Source: the human T2T-CHM13v2.0 reference genome, Homo sapiens. Taken from it: 64,000 nucleotides of DNA. The notes below the pieces were generated by a model. That model was not told the origin of the DNA and ran no database searches. It saw only the letters and a list, made by a program, of their open reading frames with translations. A program made the position numbers and the translations under genes. Below are positions 14,732-30,795 of this stretch, piece after piece. Numbering within the stretch: position 1 is the stretch's first letter; the number at the start of each line of letters is the position of its first letter. The stretch is from assembly GCF_009914755.1 (NCBI RefSeq), contig NC_060936.1; one strand, 5' to 3'.

Positions 14732-15305
14732 TAAAAAAAAATTTATGGACACATAATAGTTGTACATATGTATACAAATATTTCTTTTGACCTTAATTGC
14801 ACACAGGCCAAGGTCAGGCCCTGGGAGGCAGTGATGGACAAACAGAGACACAGAGTTTACAGAGTAGCGGGGAAACTTGCAATGAGCAAGTAAACAAACA
14901 AATGAATATCTAACTGCAAAGTGGGCTAAGAGTTGGAAGCGGTAGTTCAGGGGCCAAAAGAGCACTTGTCTGGGAGGCTATTCTGGCCCCGAGCCTCATA
15001 GGGGCCTCCATGAAGAGGTGACGGTACGGCTGCTCTTAAAGATGAGGAGGAGGCATTTAGAAAAGCAAGGACGCAAGGGAGTGCCCAGTCACTATCAGTG
15101 CGTGCAAAGGCCCTGAGGTGGGTGGCAGTGCAGCACCTTCCAGGCAGCTCCTGAAGATTATTGTCATTGCAAGGGTCCAGGAGCCAGGTCTTCAGGCACC
15201 AGGAGCTCTGCCTGTTTTGTGAACTTCGCCACCCAGGACAGTGCCTGGAACACCATGGGTGCTCCATAAATGCTTGTTGACTGTGTGAATGACCGCTCTG
15301 ACCTC

Positions 15306-15485
15306 CACGCTTGCATTTTCTTTCTTTTTTTTTTTTTTAATTATACTCTAAGTTCTAGGGTACATGTTCACAATGTGTAGGTTTGTTACATATGTATATT
15401 AACACCGCATGTTCCCACTCGTGGGAATTGAACAATGAGAACACTTGGACACAGGGTGAGGAACATCACACACGCTTGCATTTTC
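15306..15485 (-). mobile_element. Short L1PA insertion with 5' inversion and 15-bp TSD
   Basis: TSD CACGCTTGCATTTTC at 15306-15320 and 15471-15485. Poly-T plus L1 3' end on minus (15321-~15399); L1 3'UTR piece on plus (15401-15470). Confidence 0.9.
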
Positions 15486-17454
15486 AGGTTTGCACCAGGT
15501 AGCGCTCTGAGAGTCCGCTCCAGCGGCTCCTCGTTCATCCTAAGAGACTCATGTTCCACGTTCTCTAGTTCGGGGGGCCTGTTGTGGGGCCCAGCCGGGA
15601 TGCTCCTTGTGGACTGCACTACTATGGTTCCCAGGGGCGCAGGCAGGCCTGTGGCATGGAGCAGGCTGTGCCGCTCACTTGTAGCCTGTAATTTCAGAGG
15701 CATAGAGTGGCACCTGGGCCCTCTGCCCGGCCTAGAAAGGATTCAGAGACCTCACCCTGTGCCCGCCGTGCAATTAGCCGCCGGGGTCCCCCGCCCTGGT
15801 GGGCAGCCATGGCTAGGGAGGCAGGGAGGGTGAGGGGAAAACCCACCCCACCTCGATCTGTGCCAGGGTCCTCCCCATCTGCTCCTGGGGCAGCCACCCT
15901 GCCCACCACAGCCCCCAGCTCCAGCCCCTCATGGGTGCAGGGCCTCTTCTAATTACACAGCCCCAGTGGCCACTGGAGCCTGTCCTCTGGGCAAAAATAG
16001 GCCAAGCCTTTCATGTGGCAAGAGAGGCCTGGGCTGTGGCCCCATTACAGCACAGGCCTGGCCTTTGGAGGGACACCCGTGGAGGGGCCTCCCGCCTGGC
16101 ACTCCAAGGAGGCAGAGTAGCCTTGTCCCTGAGGACGCTGGCAGAGGCCCGAGGTGGGGTGGGTTTTTCTCCCACCCTCCCTGCCTCCCTGGCCATGGCT
16201 GCCCAGAAGGGTGGAGCTCTAGGTGTGTTGTGAAACCTCCTTGGGCCTCAGTTTCCCCACCTGTAAACCAGACATTTTCACTTATTCCCCAACCGTTGAC
16301 TGAGCACCTGTGTGTGCCAGGAACTGTGCTGGGCACAGAGAGACAGCAGTGAAGGAGGCAGATGCTGCCACACCTTCGCTTGGGCTGTTCCCCCTGCCTG
16401 AAGCACTGTCCTCCACAGCCCCTTTGCCTGACCACCCCTACACACCCTGTATCTATGTCATCACCACCTCCAGGAAGCCCTCCCTGCATGCCAGCCTCTG
16501 GAGAGGGAGACCAGCAGCCTCCTCTACACTCCTGTACCCTCTGGGCTCCTGGCTTTGAGCCCTGAGTACACTGGGCTGTAATGCCCTGTTTACATGCATC
16601 TCTAGATTGGGAGCTTCTCGGGGCCAGAATCCAGGCCTTTACTGTCACTGTATCTGTGTCACCCACGCCTGGAATATAGTAGATGCTCAGTAAATGCCCT
16701 CCCACGAGCCAGTGCAAACTGCTCATGCTATAGATGGGGAAACTGAGGCTCAAGGAGGAGACAGGATTCATTGGGGATACACTGATATTATTTTGCTTGT
16801 TTGTAGGTTAATTTAACCAATATTTACTAGGCAACTGCTCCACACCAGCTCCTGCATGGACAGTGCAGGGCAGCCAAGAGCAAGACAGATCAGACTTCCG
16901 CCTCAGAGAGCTCCGGGTAAGGGAGGCAGACAAGAAACAAATCAACCAGCAAAGAGGGAAGGTAACCCGATGCTGTGAAGTGCTGTCAGGGAAATGGAAA
17001 AGACGAGGAGACAGGGAGTAGCTGGGAAGCGGGTGGGGCGGGTGCCTGGGCAGCTATTTTAGCCATTGTGCTCAAGGATGGCCTCACGAGAGAGGTGTCT
17101 GAATGGACACCTGCAGAATCAGGAGAACCACGTATGCAAGAGCAGGAGGAAAAGCCAAGGGGACAAGTACAAGGGCCGTGAGGCAGGAAAGGGCTTGGCA
17201 TGAAACCTCCTCTGGGGAAATAAGACTGAGCACTGCTGATCCGTTCTTACCAGGGGGCAGTTAGAGCTAGGAAATTGGGAGACTGACATTAGCTACTGGC
17301 TCTGCCCCTCCCACACTGTGATCTGAGCCTCACTTTCCCTTCCTATACCAGGAAGGGTCAGAGGAGGCATCAGCAAGCTCTGACGTTCTGTGATTCTTTG
17401 TAAATTTTACACCTGTTTCAACAACGATCCCTTCTCCCACCTCCAGCAAATAAC

Positions 17455-19065
17455 TGGATGCTCACCCACTACTGGTGGGAGAGAAAAATGGCACAGCCAC
17501 TTTGGAAAAACGGTTTGGCGGTTTTTATATAGTTAACCATCCACTTCTCATCTGACCCAGCAATCTCACTCCTAGGCATTATCCGAGAGAAATGAAAACA
17601 CACATCCACACAAAGGCACAAACACAAAAGATAAAAGTGTCCATGGCAGCTTTATGCATAATAGCAAAAAACTGGAAGCAGCCCAAATGTCCATCAACAG
17701 GAGAATGGATGCACAGACGGTGCCATGCTTGCATGATGGAATACTACTCACCAGGGAACAGGAACAAGTGTGGACGAATGCCACAGACACGTGGAGCAAA
17801 AGAACTCAATCCAAAAGAACACACATGTCTCCATGAAGTTCTAGAACACAGGCAAAACTAATAGGCCAGGCAAGGTGGTTCCTGCCTGTAATCCCAGCAC
17901 TATGGGAGGCAGAGGAGGGGGAATTGCTTGAGTTCAGGAGTTCAAGACCAGCCTAGGCAACATAGTGAGACCCCTGTCACTACAAAAAAATTTAAAAGTA
18001 GCCAAGTGTGGTACTAATCACCTGTAGTCCCAGCTACTCAGGAGGCTGATGCTGGAGGATTGCTTGAGCCCAGGGGTCAAGGCTGCAGTGAGTCATGGTC
18101 ATGCCACTGCACTCCAGCCTGGGCAACAGAGCAAGAAAACAAAACAAAACTAAGCTGTGGGGTCAGAAGTCAAAAGTACTGCCCAGGAGGGGCACAAGGA
18201 CCCTTCTGGGGGTGGACCTGTGTTAAGATCTATACCTGGTTAGTGGTGGTTAGGTGGGTGGTTAGGTTGGTGGTTAGTGGTGGTTAGGTGGTTAGATGGG
18301 TGGTTAGTGGTCATTAGGCGGGTGGTTAGGTGGGTGGTTAGTGGTCATTAGGTGAGTGGTTAGTGGTCATTAGGTGGGTGGTTAAGTGGTTAGATGGGTG
18401 GTTAGTGGTCATTAGGTGAGTGGTTAGTGGTCATTAGGCGGGTGGTTAGATGGGTGGTTAGTGGTCATTAGGTGAGTGGTTAGTGGTCATTAGGTGGGTG
18501 GTTAGGTGGTTAGATGGGTGGTTAGTGGTCATTAGGTGGGTGATTAGGTAGGTAGGTGGTTAGTGGTCATTAGGTGGATGGTTAGGTGGGTGGTTAGTAG
18601 TGGTTAGAGGTGGTTAGGTGGGCAGTTAGGTAGTTAGGTGGGTGGTTAGTTGTGGTTGGGTGGTTAGGTGACTAGGTGGGTGGCAGAGTGGTTAGGTGGG
18701 TGGTTAGGTGACCAGGTGGGTGGCAGGGTGGTTAGGTGGGTGGTTAGTGGTGGTTAGGTGGACGGTCAGGTAGTTAGGTGGGCAGTTAGTGGTGGTTAAG
18801 TGGTTAAGTGGGTGATTAGTGGTGGTTAGTGTTGGTTAGGTGGGTGGTTAGTGGTGGTTAGGTGGGTGGTTAGTGGTGGTTAGGTGGATGGTTAGTGGTA
18901 GGTGGGTGGTTAGTGGTTGTTTGGCGGGTGGTTAGTGGTGGTTAGGCAGGTGGTTAGTGGTGGTTAGGTGGGTGGTTAGTGGTGGTTAGGTGGATGCACA
19001 CATGGAAAAATCAAGCTGTAGTCTTCAGATGTGTGCCCTTCATGTAGGTTATGACTCCCTTAAAA
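17455..19065 (+). mobile_element. Old L1M (L1MC/MD/ME-like) 3' portion interrupted by an Alu (17864-18145) and a VNTR
   Basis: ORF2-end motifs CAGCCACTTTGGAAAA...GACCCAGCAATCTCACTCCTAGG...AACTGGAAGCAGCCCAAATGTCCATCAACAG; L1M-type 3' end resumes after the VNTR. Confidence 0.8.
18237..18994. repeat. G-rich degenerate VNTR (GGTTAGTGGT / GGTTAGGTGGGT / GGTCATTAGG units)
   Basis: ~750 bp seen directly. Confidence 0.95.
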
Positions 19066-19600
19066 GGCTTTTTTAAATAATAAAGCACCCTGCATCCCTT
19101 TCTTTCTGAGGGAGTGACCCCCCGGCTGAAGGCCAGGGGTCTTAGAGCTTCCGGTGGCTGCAGTGGCCCAGCCAGCTGCACACTCCATGTCAACATTTAC
19201 GTTCCCCAGGGCCTAGTGTAAGATGCGGCTTCATCAGCCCAGCATGGAAGCCAGATGGGCCTGGCAGGAATGTAAACGCTCACCGCACTGCAGACCCGGC
19301 TCTGGTGCCCTGCTCTGCCAACTGTTCACTGGTGCCCTTGGGCCAGTCGCTACCAGGAGCCTCACTGGCCAGCAGGAGAAGGAACAGAGGCGATGCTTCT
19401 GAAGATGCTTTACAGCCATGGTGGAAATGGGGGCCCTGTCTGTCTTTGAGTCCTTGAGCAGGAGAGGGGCTAGTGGAGAGTGAGAAGTAGTGAAGGCTTG
19501 AAGCTGAAATTAAGGGGCCCTGAGCTACCCAAATTCTCAGGTAAGTCACCTCACATTTCTCCTGCTCTCCCTCCACTTCCTTGCTTTACATGAAAACCAT

Positions 19601-19818
19601 CTCTTCCCTCTTCCTCTCCCCTCCGCTCCCTTCCTCCCCTTCTTTTCTCTCCCCTCCCCTGCCCTCTTTCCCTTCTCTTCCCTTCCCTCCCTTCTCCTTC
19701 CTTCCCTCCTCCCATCCTCCCCCCTCCCTCCCCCCTTCCTCCCATCCTTCCCCTCCCTCCTCCCCTCCTCTTTCTCTCTCCCCCTTCCTTTATTCCTCTC
19801 TCTTTCTCTCTCTCTCTC
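19601..19818. repeat. Polypyrimidine (CT-rich) tract
   Basis: ~220 bp almost entirely C/T on the + strand. Confidence 0.9.
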
Positions 19819-19899
19819 AACAAATACTTATTAAGCACATACTATGCACCAGACACTTTCCAGGCAAAGAACAACACAGATTAAAAATCTCCATTCTAG

Positions 19900-22054
<2,155 letters not shown>

Positions 22055-23924
22055 TGACACAGTCTTTATTCACGCCATCTGGGCAGCAGCTAACACAGAA
22101 GCCTGGTATACAGCAGGCACTCCACAAGGCTACGGGGTGGAAAGTGACAAAGCAATCAGCCACCCAGCCCGTATCCTCGGAGGAATTGCGTGCAGACCCA
22201 GGGCTCGCCTCCCCACTTCAAACCCACAGCCCAGCTGGGGCTCAGGGGTGCATGAAGCCAATTGACCTCCCCAGGGCTGACTCCAACCCTTGTGAATTGG
22301 ACACACGTGGGTGCTGGCCAGGGGGGATGGGCCGCAACAGCTGGAAACATCTGTTTTGAATTGTCGGTTGGAAGCACCGGCCAGGCAGCCAAGGAATCTG
22401 TGAGCTAATTTTAGGCCACAAGACCGAGAGCTCTGCTGGGCGGGGTCTCACTCCCCAAACCACAGGGGCGGGGGCTGTGGGGACATGGAGGCCTCCACGG
22501 TACTCCTTGGATGGTCCACGCTGACCCGGCAGCCAGGAACTCTCTCTCCCAGGGTGAGCATTAACTGGCACCGACTGTGTGCCAGGCTGTCCACGCTCAC
22601 TCCACCCTTCCAAATCCCTAGGAGTAGGAAGGATGCTTCTCCCCATTTCCTAGGTGAGGAAGGGAGGCTGCCAGAGGTCAGCAAGTTGCCCAAGGTCATG
22701 CAACTCCTAAGCAGTGGAGCCAGGATTTGAACCAGGGTCGCCTGACTCCAAGCCTTAAACCTAAGGCCCCCCTGCTCTCTGCCCCTGCTGCTTAAATTTT
22801 GTCGGTCCCATTGCCTCGCCTCAGCCCCTACGCCCTCTGCAAAGCCTCCCTTGCTAGTCCCTTTATTCACATGTTTCCTGATTCTCTACCATGTGCCAGG
22901 CACCAGGCAGGGACAGGGAGAGAGTGGACATGAGGGACACAGGCCCCACCCACAGGCAGCGCAAATCAATCTATCAACATCACTCTGACCGTCACCAGTG
23001 CCTTGAAAGGAAAAGGGGGTGTCCTAGTGAATATCTGGGGGCAGGGCTGCAGAGTGGGCCTCTCTGAGAAGGTGACATCCAAGCTGAGGCCTACAGGATG
23101 AGAAGATGCCAGCTGTGCAGATATCTGGGAACAGGGCCCCAGGCAGAAGAAACAGCAAGGGCAAAGGCCCTGAGGCAGCACTACCTGAAAAAGAGCAAGA
23201 GAGCTCGTGGAGCCGGTGCAGAGTGGGAGGTGACGGGAGCTTTTCTTCACCCGTCCAAGCTAGATGACTGTCAACAGATGAGATGGCATCTGAGCTGGGC
23301 AGGAGTCAGGGCCCAGAAGCTTCTGCTGATAGGATCAGACAATCCTGCTAGCCCACGCATTTGTTTGTATCCAGAAATTTGCGGAGGGGCTACTGAACCT
23401 CTCAGGAAAATCAGTTGAAGCCTCTCCCTCTCAGGGGCTTGGAGGTCGGGCACAAAGCCAGATAACAGGGACTCCAGAAAGAGCTACCTCAAGGGAGTAG
23501 TGGGCATCTCAGAACCAGGGCTGAGACTGACCACCGTTGTGAGAACTCACCCTCACTCGGCCACCCTGGCAGGGTCCCTGTGCCTGTGAAAGGGGCTGTG
23601 CTTGTGCCACTTTTGTGCTTAGGTCTCCCTGCCATGGGGCCCTTTCCTTTCTCCTTTTTTCTTGGCAGGAGCAGCAATAAGGCTGTCCCGACGCACATCT
23701 CGGCGTGGCGTTCTGGTTCTGCCAACCTTGGGCATAGGTGTGCCCAGTTCTGGGGGGCCCTGTGCGTGTGCTAGAAAAGAGGCAGCAACCACTGCAGCCC
23801 TCCAGCCACCAAGGGATGCACAACAACCATGTTCATGATGACACAGAAGCATCTCTGGGTTTCCAGAAATCTTTGGGAAGGGGGGTTCTGGGGATCCCAC
23901 ACTGCCGAAGGGGAAGCCACAGAG

Positions 23925-24111
23925 CTGGGTTTCTCTACCACGGCACTTTTGGACTTCTGTGCTGTGGGGGGCTGTCCTGTGCACTGTGGGATGTCGAGCA
24001 GCATCCCTGACCACCACCCACCAGATGCCCACGATCGTGACAACCAAACACGTCTCCAGACATGGCCAAATGTCCCCTAGGGAGTAAAATCATCCCCGGG
24101 GAAGAACCACT
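23925..24111 (-). mobile_element. MER20 DNA transposon remnant
   Basis: GGGGCTGTCCTGTGCACTGTGGGATG...GTGACAACCAAA...CTCCAGACAT...AAATGTCCCC...GAACCACT matches recalled MER20 reverse complement. Confidence 0.75.
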
Positions 24112-24343
24112 AGCTCAGAGCACTCCTGTTTGGGCATTAATAACTAAAGGATAAAGCCTGGGGCCACTAGATTTCCTAACACTTTGGGTTTCTTTCTGTC
24201 CATTTGGGAATATTAGGAAAACACAGAAAAGTTGAAAGAAGCAAATTAAGCTCACCCAAAATCCTACCCTCAGTGACTAACCTCTCTCAATAATTTGGTA
24301 TATTTCCTTCTGGTCATGTTTTCTTCATACTTGATAATCCTAC

Positions 24344-24460
24344 TAGCCACGATTTATGGAGGACTTACCTTATAGCCACGATTTATGGAGGACTTACCTT
24401 ATAGCCACGATTTATGGAGGACTTAACCTTCTAGCGACTATTTACGGAAGACTTACTTTC
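24344..24460. repeat. 29-bp minisatellite, ~4 units (TAGCCACGATTTATGGAGGACTTACCTTA)
   Basis: Two perfect, one near-perfect and one degenerate unit; continues into a MIR. Confidence 0.9.
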
Positions 24461-25072
24461 TGCAAGGCATCATGCTAAGTACTTTCCATGCCAGTCTCAT
24501 TAAATCCCCACAACACCCCTGCAAGATGATACTATTATTATCCCATTTCACAGATGAAAAAACTAAGGCTCAGAGTTCATTTAACATCATGTCAAGGGCA
24601 TTTTTCCATATTATCCTTCAAAAACATCATTTTCAATTGCTGAATCATGTTTGATTGATCATACACCTGGGGCTGCCTTATTTTCTTTACCTCTTCCAAG
24701 TTGCTGGAATATTCCACAAACATTTCTGAGTCACCTACTCTGGGCTAGGATCACACTAGAGGCTGAGGGCAAAGATGAGTCACAATTCCTTCCCACAAGC
24801 ACACAGCATTTTATGCCCAGGGACTGTGTGGGCGAGTGCATGAGTGAGGGGTCGAGAGACCTTGTGCCCCTAAATGCTCAGCAATCAGGTCTCTGTCCAC
24901 TTCTGCCCCCAGGGGGCGGTACAGCATGATCACCACAAAAATCCTCAAGGCTAACCATGTTTCGACCCTAATTCACACGACACCTCAAACACAGAGGTTT
25001 GATCTTTTGTCGACTGTCTCTAGAGGCAGTTGGGCTACGTCAGTGAAAGACATTAGAAAGAGTTGTTCACCA

Positions 25073-25494
<422 letters not shown>

Positions 25495-25684
25495 TCACAT
25501 CCTTTTCTGAGGAATGCCACCTCTCCCCACAGCTGCAGGTCCCGCCTCTGGGCAGACGTTCTCACAGTCCTGCCTCCAGGTTTTCCCTCTCTCCCAAGCT
25601 GCAGCCTTCTGCTGCCTGGTGGGAGGCCTCTCTCGGGGCAGTACCCATTACATCAACCAGGTTCATTCACCTGCACTCTGCAGG

Positions 25685-26303
25685 CCAGGCTGGAGTGCGG
25701 TGGTGCAATCATAACTCACTGCAGCCTTGACCTACCAGGATCAAGGGATCCTCCCACCTCAGCTTCCTGAGTACCTGGGACTGCAGGTGTGCGCCACCAT
25801 GCCAGGCTAATTACTTAAATTTGTAGAGATGGGGTCTCGCTATGTTGCCCAACCCAGGCTGGTTTCGAACTCCTGGCTCAAGTGATCCTCACGCCTCAGC
25901 TTCCCACAGTGTTGGAGTCACAAGCGTGAGCCACGGTAACATACAATCCAGCCAGGCTGTATGTTATATTGTGTGATTCCGATGATAAGTTCTGGAAAAG
26001 ACCAGTGGTTACCCTTGGTGGGGAGGGAATGATTTGGAGGGACTTGCAGGGACCCTCTAATATGATAGAAACTTGTCTTATTTGGGGGAGCCATTGATAG
26101 TCTCTGAGCAGGGGAACAGCCACAGAAGGTAAGGACATTCACAGGGGACTTCCAGGAGGTGTGGCTTCCTTGGGCTTCCCGGTCACTCAGTCCCTGGGAG
26201 GGGCAGGGACAGCAGCTGTGGAAGCTCCAAGGAGCATGCCCAAGGCCCTCTGCCCTCACACACGCCTTGGCAGACCTCTGGGCTCACACAGCCTTGGGAA
26301 TTC
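25685..26303. repeat. Composite duplicated segment: inverted copy of 27833-28235 fused to a direct copy of 27481-27698
   Basis: Shared private Alu insertion GCCTGGGTTGGGCAAC plus L1 flank (inverted); shared GGGGAGCCATTGATAGTCTCTGAGC...GAATTC block (direct). Confidence 0.9.
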
Positions 26304-27729
26304 CCCCCAGTTCTGCTTCTGGCTCCTTGAAGCTGTCCCTCCAGCGGGGAACTAATACAGACGTCTCCCATCTCATAGAAGGAGAAATCGGGGCCTGAGA
26401 AGGCGGTGGCATGCCCAAGGTCTCATAGAGTGAGTCCAGGGGTGGTGGAAGGACGCAGCCCCCTCTGCTCCCTCAGCAATCTTTGGCACCACCTCCTCCC
26501 CGGCACCCAGCTCTGTAGAGGCTTCGTGAATGGGCAGTGCCCAGTGACTGCCTCCCAGTGACCCCCTCTCCCAGTTGGGGATGCTGTGAGCACAGAGTGG
26601 CCTCCAGAGAGGAGCTCTGTGGCTGATGAGAAGTCACGCCAGGACCTGGCTTGGAGAATTGGAGATTTGGAGATTTGGGGACTTCCCAGCCCCTTCTCAA
26701 GGAGCCAGCCTTTGGTGGCTGGTGGCCCCAGAAAGTCTTAGGAGTTTACTCCCGAATCTGTGATTTTTCATGCTGTGTGGCCTTAGGCAAGTCACTGAAC
26801 CTCTCTGGGCCTCCATTTGCTCATCCATAAAATGGGGTTGAGAATAAGACCTAACCTCACAGGGTAGGTCGACTTCTGCTATTGTCAAGGGTAATTGTTT
26901 ACAGTGCCCCGGGCCCTATGAGCATCCCATGTTACAGATGAGGACTGTGAGCCTTGGAGAGACACATGGCAAAGACAGAACCAGGCATCAGACTGACTTC
27001 TGTCTCCTTCCCAAGTCTTCTGGGGAATGAAAAATCCCTGCCTTGTGTGACTCTTATCTGAGTGGGAAGGACACATAAGCAGTGGCCACTTGATGGCATA
27101 AGCAGACACAGAGACGCCCATTCTACACATGGAAAGATTGAGGCCCCAGATGGAGGAGGAATAACCTGGAGTTAACTGTTGGCCAACCAAGCTGGTCTCT
27201 GTGCCCAGGACTGGGGCAAAGACGGGGTGAAATACTGCCCCGCAGCAAGTAGGGTGATGGGGGTGAGCAAAGGAGGAGCCCAGAGACATGGCTGGATCCA
27301 AAAAGATCTCCAGGGCCTGGGGGAGCTGAGCCCTAAAAGTGGAAACAAAAGGCAGAGAGGGCAGGAGCCGTGGGGCATGGGTGAGGAGGAGTGAGAGGGC
27401 CGGTTTGCCCAGACAGGCAGACATATAGGTGAGTGGGCAGCGAGTGAGGAAGCTGGAAACTTCTTGTGGACTTGGGCACTGGGGAGCCATTGATAGTCTC
27501 TGAGCAGGGGAACAGCCGCAGAAGGTAAGGACATTCACAGGGGACCTCAAAAGATGTGGCTTCCTTGGGCCTCCCCGTCACCCAGTCCCTGGGAGGGGCA
27601 GGGACAGCAGCTGTGGGAGCTCCAAGGAGCATGCCCAAGGCCCCCTGCTCTCACACATGCCTTGGCCGACCTCTGGGTTCACACAGCCTTGTGAATTCAC
27701 CTGCTTGCCTGCTTGCTTATTGGTTTGCT

Positions 27730-28800
<1,071 letters not shown>

Positions 28801-30477
28801 GCAACAGCTTTCCTGGAACCTCCACCTGGAGGTTGAGCAGGCCCTGAGACCCAACTTGGCTGAACCCCAGCTCAGGACACTCCTCTTACCACCAGCCCTG
28901 CAACCTCCTTCCATGGCTTTCCCAGCCACCCCGTGGCACCCTCATCAGGATAGCTGCCCAAGTCAGAAACCTGAGATTTCAACCTCCTTTTTCCTCACTT
29001 CCAACCCATCAGCAACTCCTACCCTTTTCTTCCCAATTACCTCTCGATTCCACAACTTCTTTGCACCCTGCTCTAGTCCAGGTTCTCCTCATCCTCACAC
29101 AGCCTCTTCCTCCTCCATGCGGCCACCCTGGCTCCTTCCAGCTGCCCCCACCTTGTCTGCTCCCCTAGTGCAAACTCCTGTGCCCATGATGCTCCCACTG
29201 CCTGGAACTTTCTTCCCTCTATCCCTTCCCTCCCAAGTCAATAACTCTGTGTCCTTCAAGTTTCAACCATGATTTTCCTGACCCATGCCCCCCAGCTCTG
29301 GCCCCATTGCTCCCAGCATCTCTCCTCTGGGCTCAGGGCCCAGCCATAATCTGACATAATCTGATCTTTTCCTGGGTGATTATTTGATCAATCTGTCCCC
29401 CTCTAGACCATGAGCCCCAAAGGGGTCTCGAACTCCTGGCCTCAAGTTATCCGCCCACCTTGGCCTTCCACAGTTCTGGGATTACAGGCCTGTCCTACTC
29501 ACATGGCATCCCAGGGCCTCTCACAGTGCCTGGCACATTCCATAGTAATCGGTGGCTTGGTTGAGTGGCAAAGAGGGATGGGATCTGGGGAAAGAATTTG
29601 GGGAGCCCCTGCCAGATCAGCTGCTGGATGAACCACCCCCAGGGTGGCAGCCCCAGCCTGTAAGAGACAAGGGACCTGGAACAAACTGAGCCCATCATCC
29701 CCCGCCCCCCATTTCCTGTCTACCCTCCTTCCTTCCCTGCTGGCAGAGCTGAAGTCAGCACAGTGTGGTTTCCTAACCGTGCAACCGGCTGGAGCAAGTG
29801 GTTCAGCTTTCTGAACCTCGGTTTCCCTGGCAAGAAAATGGAACAATCATTGCACCCACATTATGAGGTTGAGTCCTAAATGAGATAATGCAGACAAACT
29901 GTTTGACAAGGCACTAGGTATGCAGTAAGTGCTCAGTAAAGGCCAGCTGCTTGCCCCCGGCCATCCCTCTTAGTCCTAGGCCCCAGCTCTGCTGTGTTGT
30001 GTTCTCTGCAATGAGAGGGCTGCGCTGTACTCGGTTACCCTCCCAAGGAACAGCGCCTTCCCTCAGCAGCCAGGAGCCACAGAGGGTGACTAATGGGGGA
30101 CTTCCAGGCCCCAGGGCAGGTCAGCAGGGCTGAGGTTTTGGGGCGTGGGATTCCCCCAGAACCCCGCTGTGATCTCAAGGACAGCGTGACACAGTGGTAA
30201 GATCCTGGCTTTCAGGTCTGGGTTCCAATCTCAGATCCTCTTCATGACCTGGGGCAGGTGACTTCACCTAGCTCTCAGCCTCAGTTTCATCTTCTGTAAA
30301 ATGGGGAGAATACTAGAACCGTCTGTGAGAGCTGTTTGAGGGGATTCACGGGGATATTGCAGCTGTGTGTGTGTTCAGGATGTGTTTGCTGAATGGATGA
30401 GTGGGGTGATTCAGGCTGGTGGTCCTCAAGGGCATGGGAGGCCCAGGCAGGAGGGGAGGGCACAGGGGTGTGCAGGA

Positions 30478-30795
30478 GCCAGACTATATCTGCCCGTGAG
30501 AGCTAATCAACAAAATTTTCAGAATTTTGTGTCAGTTGTTTAATAAATTAAATTCTATTATATTAAAAGCCAAGGTCATCAGTACTCAAAACTCACCAAT
30601 TCCTAATAATTGTACTACATTATCCGATGATCGATGCCCTTGTTACTAACACCTATTGTATCATCAACTATATAATGGTTGGTAGCTCAAAATCGGCTGT
30701 GGGAGTATTTACATGGAAGACATTGGCAAATGCTACAAATCAGGACTTTTTCCCATTGGAAGCCAGTTGTTAAACACTTAACAGCACGCCACTGG
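30478..30795. mobile_element. Probable hAT DNA-transposon remnant (MER63-like)
   Basis: Terminal CCAGTTGTTAAACACTTAACAGCACGCCACTG resembles the recalled MER63 end. Confidence 0.45.

Noticed and set aside
18237-18994. Interstitial telomeric sequence
   Set aside because: Cores are TTAGG(T/C) and TTAGT; I saw no TTAGGG arrays, and an L1-derived seed explains the tract.
24344-24460. CRISPR-like 29-bp repeats
   Set aside because: Head-to-tail with no spacers, in human DNA; a minisatellite.
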